Origin: Moniliella sp. 'wahieum'
Taxonomy: Eukaryota
Direction of reading: 5' to 3'
DNA length: 64,000 bases
Assembly: GCA_003971905.1 (NCBI GenBank)
Contig: RSEE01000016.1
Coordinates: 496,001-560,000 of the forward strand
Shown here: positions 60,842 to 64,000 of the stretch, piece by piece
Numbering within the stretch: the stretch's first letter is position 1
Layout of the letters: the number at the start of each line of letters is the position of its first letter
Translations under genes and position numbers: made by a program
The notes under the pieces: model-generated
The model's database searches: none
Told to the model about the DNA's origin: nothing
The model's input: the letters and a program-made list of their open reading frames with translations, nothing else

Positions 60842-61998
60842 TTAAGAATAGACAATCTTGGCACCCGTCTCAGAGAAGCGCTCACCCTTGACCTCGAGAG
60901 TAATCTTCTCAAAGATCTGTCGCAGCTCCTGGTCCAGCTCGGGGAGAGGACCAAGTTGGCTGCGTCGGCATTCTCGATAACCAAGTTCGCGTGCGTAGTG
61001 CCCGGCATGGGAATCAGCTTGTCATACTGCGCCAACTCCCAGGCGAGGACAAGCTGCACCAAGGGGATGCCCTCACGGGCCGCGACGGCTTGCACCGGTT
61101 TGGCCAGTTCGAGGTTGTGGGCAAAGGCCTGGTCAGAAAAGCGGGGCATGGCCTGGCGAGGGTCGCCGGGAGGTAGGTCGGAAGCGCCCTTGAGCGCACC
61201 AGTGAAGATACCACGGGACAGGGGACGAGAGGCGAAGAGAGCAATCCCCAGCTCCTTGAGGGTAGAGAGGATGCCTTCCTTCTCAATATCCAACGCTGCT
61301 GGGTTGTACTCTGCCTCCACCGCCGCCAGGGGAATCACCGCGTTCACCTCCCGAATGGTTTGCGAGGAGACCTCGCAGAGACCCACATGGCGCGCCAGGC
61401 CCTCTGTAACGAGTCGCTTCAGGTTGGCGCCAATGTCCTTGTTTTTCATGTGACTGTCCTTGCGCGCCAAAAGGAAGAGGTCAATGCGCTTGCCCCGGCC
61501 CAACGAGCGCAGCGCCGCCGAAAGCTCTTGGCGCAAGGTCTCAATGCTGGAGTCGGCGCGCGTCAGGTCATTGAAGGGAGCAAAGCCACCCTTGACCACA
61601 AGGAAGACGCGGTTGATACTCTGGGGGTAGGCTGCAAAGTACCGCGACAAGAGAAGCAGGTTGTCCATGGTTTGGTCCATGGAATAGTAGGTGCCAAAGA
61701 CCCAGCAGGTGGTGCCTGCTTCCAGCGCAGCGTTAAGCACTTGGAAGGCCTGCTCATCAGACGGAGGACTGGTGGTCCAGGTGAGTTCAAGGGCGCCATA
61801 GCCAACTGTGCAAAAGGGAGGGGGGATGAGTTGCACGAGGTCAGCTACTGGGCCCAATTGACATTGGAAGAAACAACAAGCGGCCAGGAATGGTCGGTAG
61901 CATGCAGCAGGATGAGCGCGCCAGAGAGAAAAAGACATACTGGCGCCAACAGAGATATCAGAGGCGGTGCCACCAAGCGGACGGAAGGGGAGGGACAT
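60842..61998 (-). CDS. Aldo-keto reductase (pyridoxal reductase-like)
   Basis: Intron 61806-61940, VGYGALELTW, VFLVVKGG, IDLFLLARKD, RHVGLCEVS, AVEAEY, RPLSRGIFTG, QLVLAW...IPMPGTT. Confidence 0.92.
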
Positions 61999-63041
61999 GG
62001 TCTCGGGCCGGCTGCGAGTGGTAGTGGAGGGGGGGAGGTGGTAGCGGGAGAGAAAGAAGGTTGAGACGTGGTAAACGCGGTGAGAAGCGGGCTGATGGGG
62101 TGACCAGTGAGGGACCGATATAGGAAGGAGTGGGTGAGCGTGTGAGCGCTGCTGACTGATTTACGGACACTGGAGATCGAGAACTCGGAACTGACTTGAA
62201 TTAGTTCAGTACTGAGTGAGCGTGACGCGTGACGCGTGACCCGTGGCGTGTGATGTGCTGTGGAAATTATCACAGCACACTCGTCCCGAGCCTTCCGCCT
62301 TATGTCCAACGGTTAACAATATGACCGGTGACAGACCGGTGACCTCGCCTGTCATGCATGTCGAAGGTGTTTGCTGACATCATGCATGACGTCACTTCGA
62401 CAGCACTTGTGTGGCAAAGGGCGTCACATCAGTGTCATGGTGAGAGGGTGTCAGATCTCAGAGCCGATCTCAGAGGGTTTATTAGTTCGGTACAGTGTCT
62501 GAGTCTCGCTCGAGACCAGTCGGGCCCTGAGGCGGCCTCAGAAGGGTCAGTCGCTAGTCCCTCACTACTTCACTCCGTCACGCGTCATGAGTCATCCAAT
62601 ATGACTTCACCATCGCGGTGCGCGCGTTCAATTGATCGAAACCTGAAGCTCTTGAAGCTTGAAGCTCCATGCTCAAAGCTCCAAGAGCCTCAAGGTGCAT
62701 CTTTTGAGCAGGTTATTTCGCACCCAATCCAAGTTCGAGGCGTTGTATACGAGAGGTCGCGCAGGAGCCAGTCCTCAAATGCGTGCGAGCTCCATGTGGG
62801 ACACCCCGCTCTCTCAATGAGCCAACAGTTGTGGAGAGAAGAGGAAACGAGGTGGGGGGACAGGGCCACATCTACGTCTGGATTACTGAGTGAGTAATAT
62901 GGGTGCGAGTGTGTTGGAGGAGATCTGGGATGGAGGTGGACCACATCATGACAGCCTGGTATAGAAGGTCGGTGGGCACTGGTGCACTGGTGACAACTAC
63001 ATACACTTCTGACAATCTTCCAGCTCACAGGATGAGGCATC

Positions 63042-63273
63042 TGATGAGACCTGGAGTCCAGATGGTCCTCGAGGGTGATGCAATGGCACTAGTGGTGCTG
63101 GTCTAAGCCAACCAGCACCTCCTACAGAGGAAATGTGAACATCACGCAGAGAGTCGCCACCAGGGGCTAACCTGCGGAACAAGGAAAACAGGAGAGAAAA
63201 CAACGGAACTCCTAGGCCTGAGGAGGAACTGAAGGGACATTGGCCAAAGCACGAGCCACCTGATGGCTCAACA
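63042..63273 (-). mobile_element. Solo LTR, family B (reverse orientation)
   Basis: Reverse complement of the 18706 and 52245 copies, with a perfect 5-bp TSD GCATC (63037-63041 / 63274-63278). Confidence 0.93.
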
Positions 63274-64000
63274 GCATCTCTCCTTGAACATGTTCGGCGA
63301 GAGTTGTGGACTTATATATTGGACGCAAGCGGGTGCACTGCTGGGCTGTAGGGGGCATTCCTTGTTCTACTTCAACGTCTGTCATGCCCTGAACAAGGAA
63401 AGGATATAGCAAGAAGCAAGCGAGGTGTGCGAGGACGAAGTGCTAACTATGATGGTCAACGATCCCTGGTATGGAGAGACAGGGTCGGTGAAGAGAGCGG
63501 GGAAGGCGTTTCCTAGAAACCCACCCCAAAGAACATATTCACCTTGACTAAGAGGTTGAAAAGAGTAGAGGGTACATTTTGCCGAAGATCATATGGTACA
63601 CGTGTAATAGAAGCAAAGGGGTAGGAGAAGTGGTATGGGCCCAAAAATGAAGGAACTCGACCAGCAGCAGCTGAGCTTGTTCGTTCATCATCAGGCCCTG
63701 CGCGAAGTAGCCAATGACTCGAGCGGCCACAGTGACAGCTCCATGGCATACACTGAAACGCAGGAAGGTCTGCACCTGTGCCAAGACAGGTTGTAATAGC
63801 AGATTGGGGTAGTCAAGACAAGAGGAAGAAGCTCTTAAATGTAGTTGGCGGGCTTGCGGTCTTTGGGGTTCCGGCGCTTTGGGGCTGCTACCCTTTGGTG
63901 GGTGCGCTTGCTAGAAGCCTGCTTACTCTTTTTGGACGAACCCTTCTTGCTAGATGACTTCGAGAGTGAGCCGAACACGGTCGGGGCTGAGTTACCCTCA

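Noticed and set aside
63400..64000. 3' part of a minus-strand gene at the right edge
   Set aside because: Only short ORF fragments without a recognisable domain. It cannot be supported from this window alone.

Overview
GC-rich fungal nuclear DNA, most likely basidiomycete (short GT-AG introns with CTRAC branch points, intron-containing tRNAs). Conserved genes carry frequent single-base frameshifts, which points to an error-prone long-read assembly, so CDS boundaries are approximate. Host genes recognised: CreA/Mig1 C2H2 repressor, fibrillarin NOP1, MTF1-like mitochondrial transcription factor with N-terminal AT-hooks, TOM20 with a long acidic tail, a PX/DUF3818 (YPR097W/Lec1-like) protein, CCC1/VIT1 iron transporter, CTI6-like PHD protein, M28 ERMP1-like peptidase, an Ala/Gln repeat protein, Srk1/Rck2-type kinase, DOA4/USP8-like deubiquitinase and an aldo-keto reductase. 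There are six tRNA genes. Mobile DNA comprises an internally deleted Copia element (12349-15579), six solo or orphan LTRs of three families, and a complete ~9.6-kb CMC/CACTA-like DNA transposon (27455-37033). That transposon has TIRs, a 23-bp subterminal minisatellite, two divergent genes and an intron-dense segment with no clear ORF. The most unusual signals are (1) a promoter-associated 7-bp-period grammar (TGA or TCA plus a variable 4-bp palindrome), (2) the architecture of the CMC element, and (3) a tRNA-Leu(CAA) with no long variable arm.
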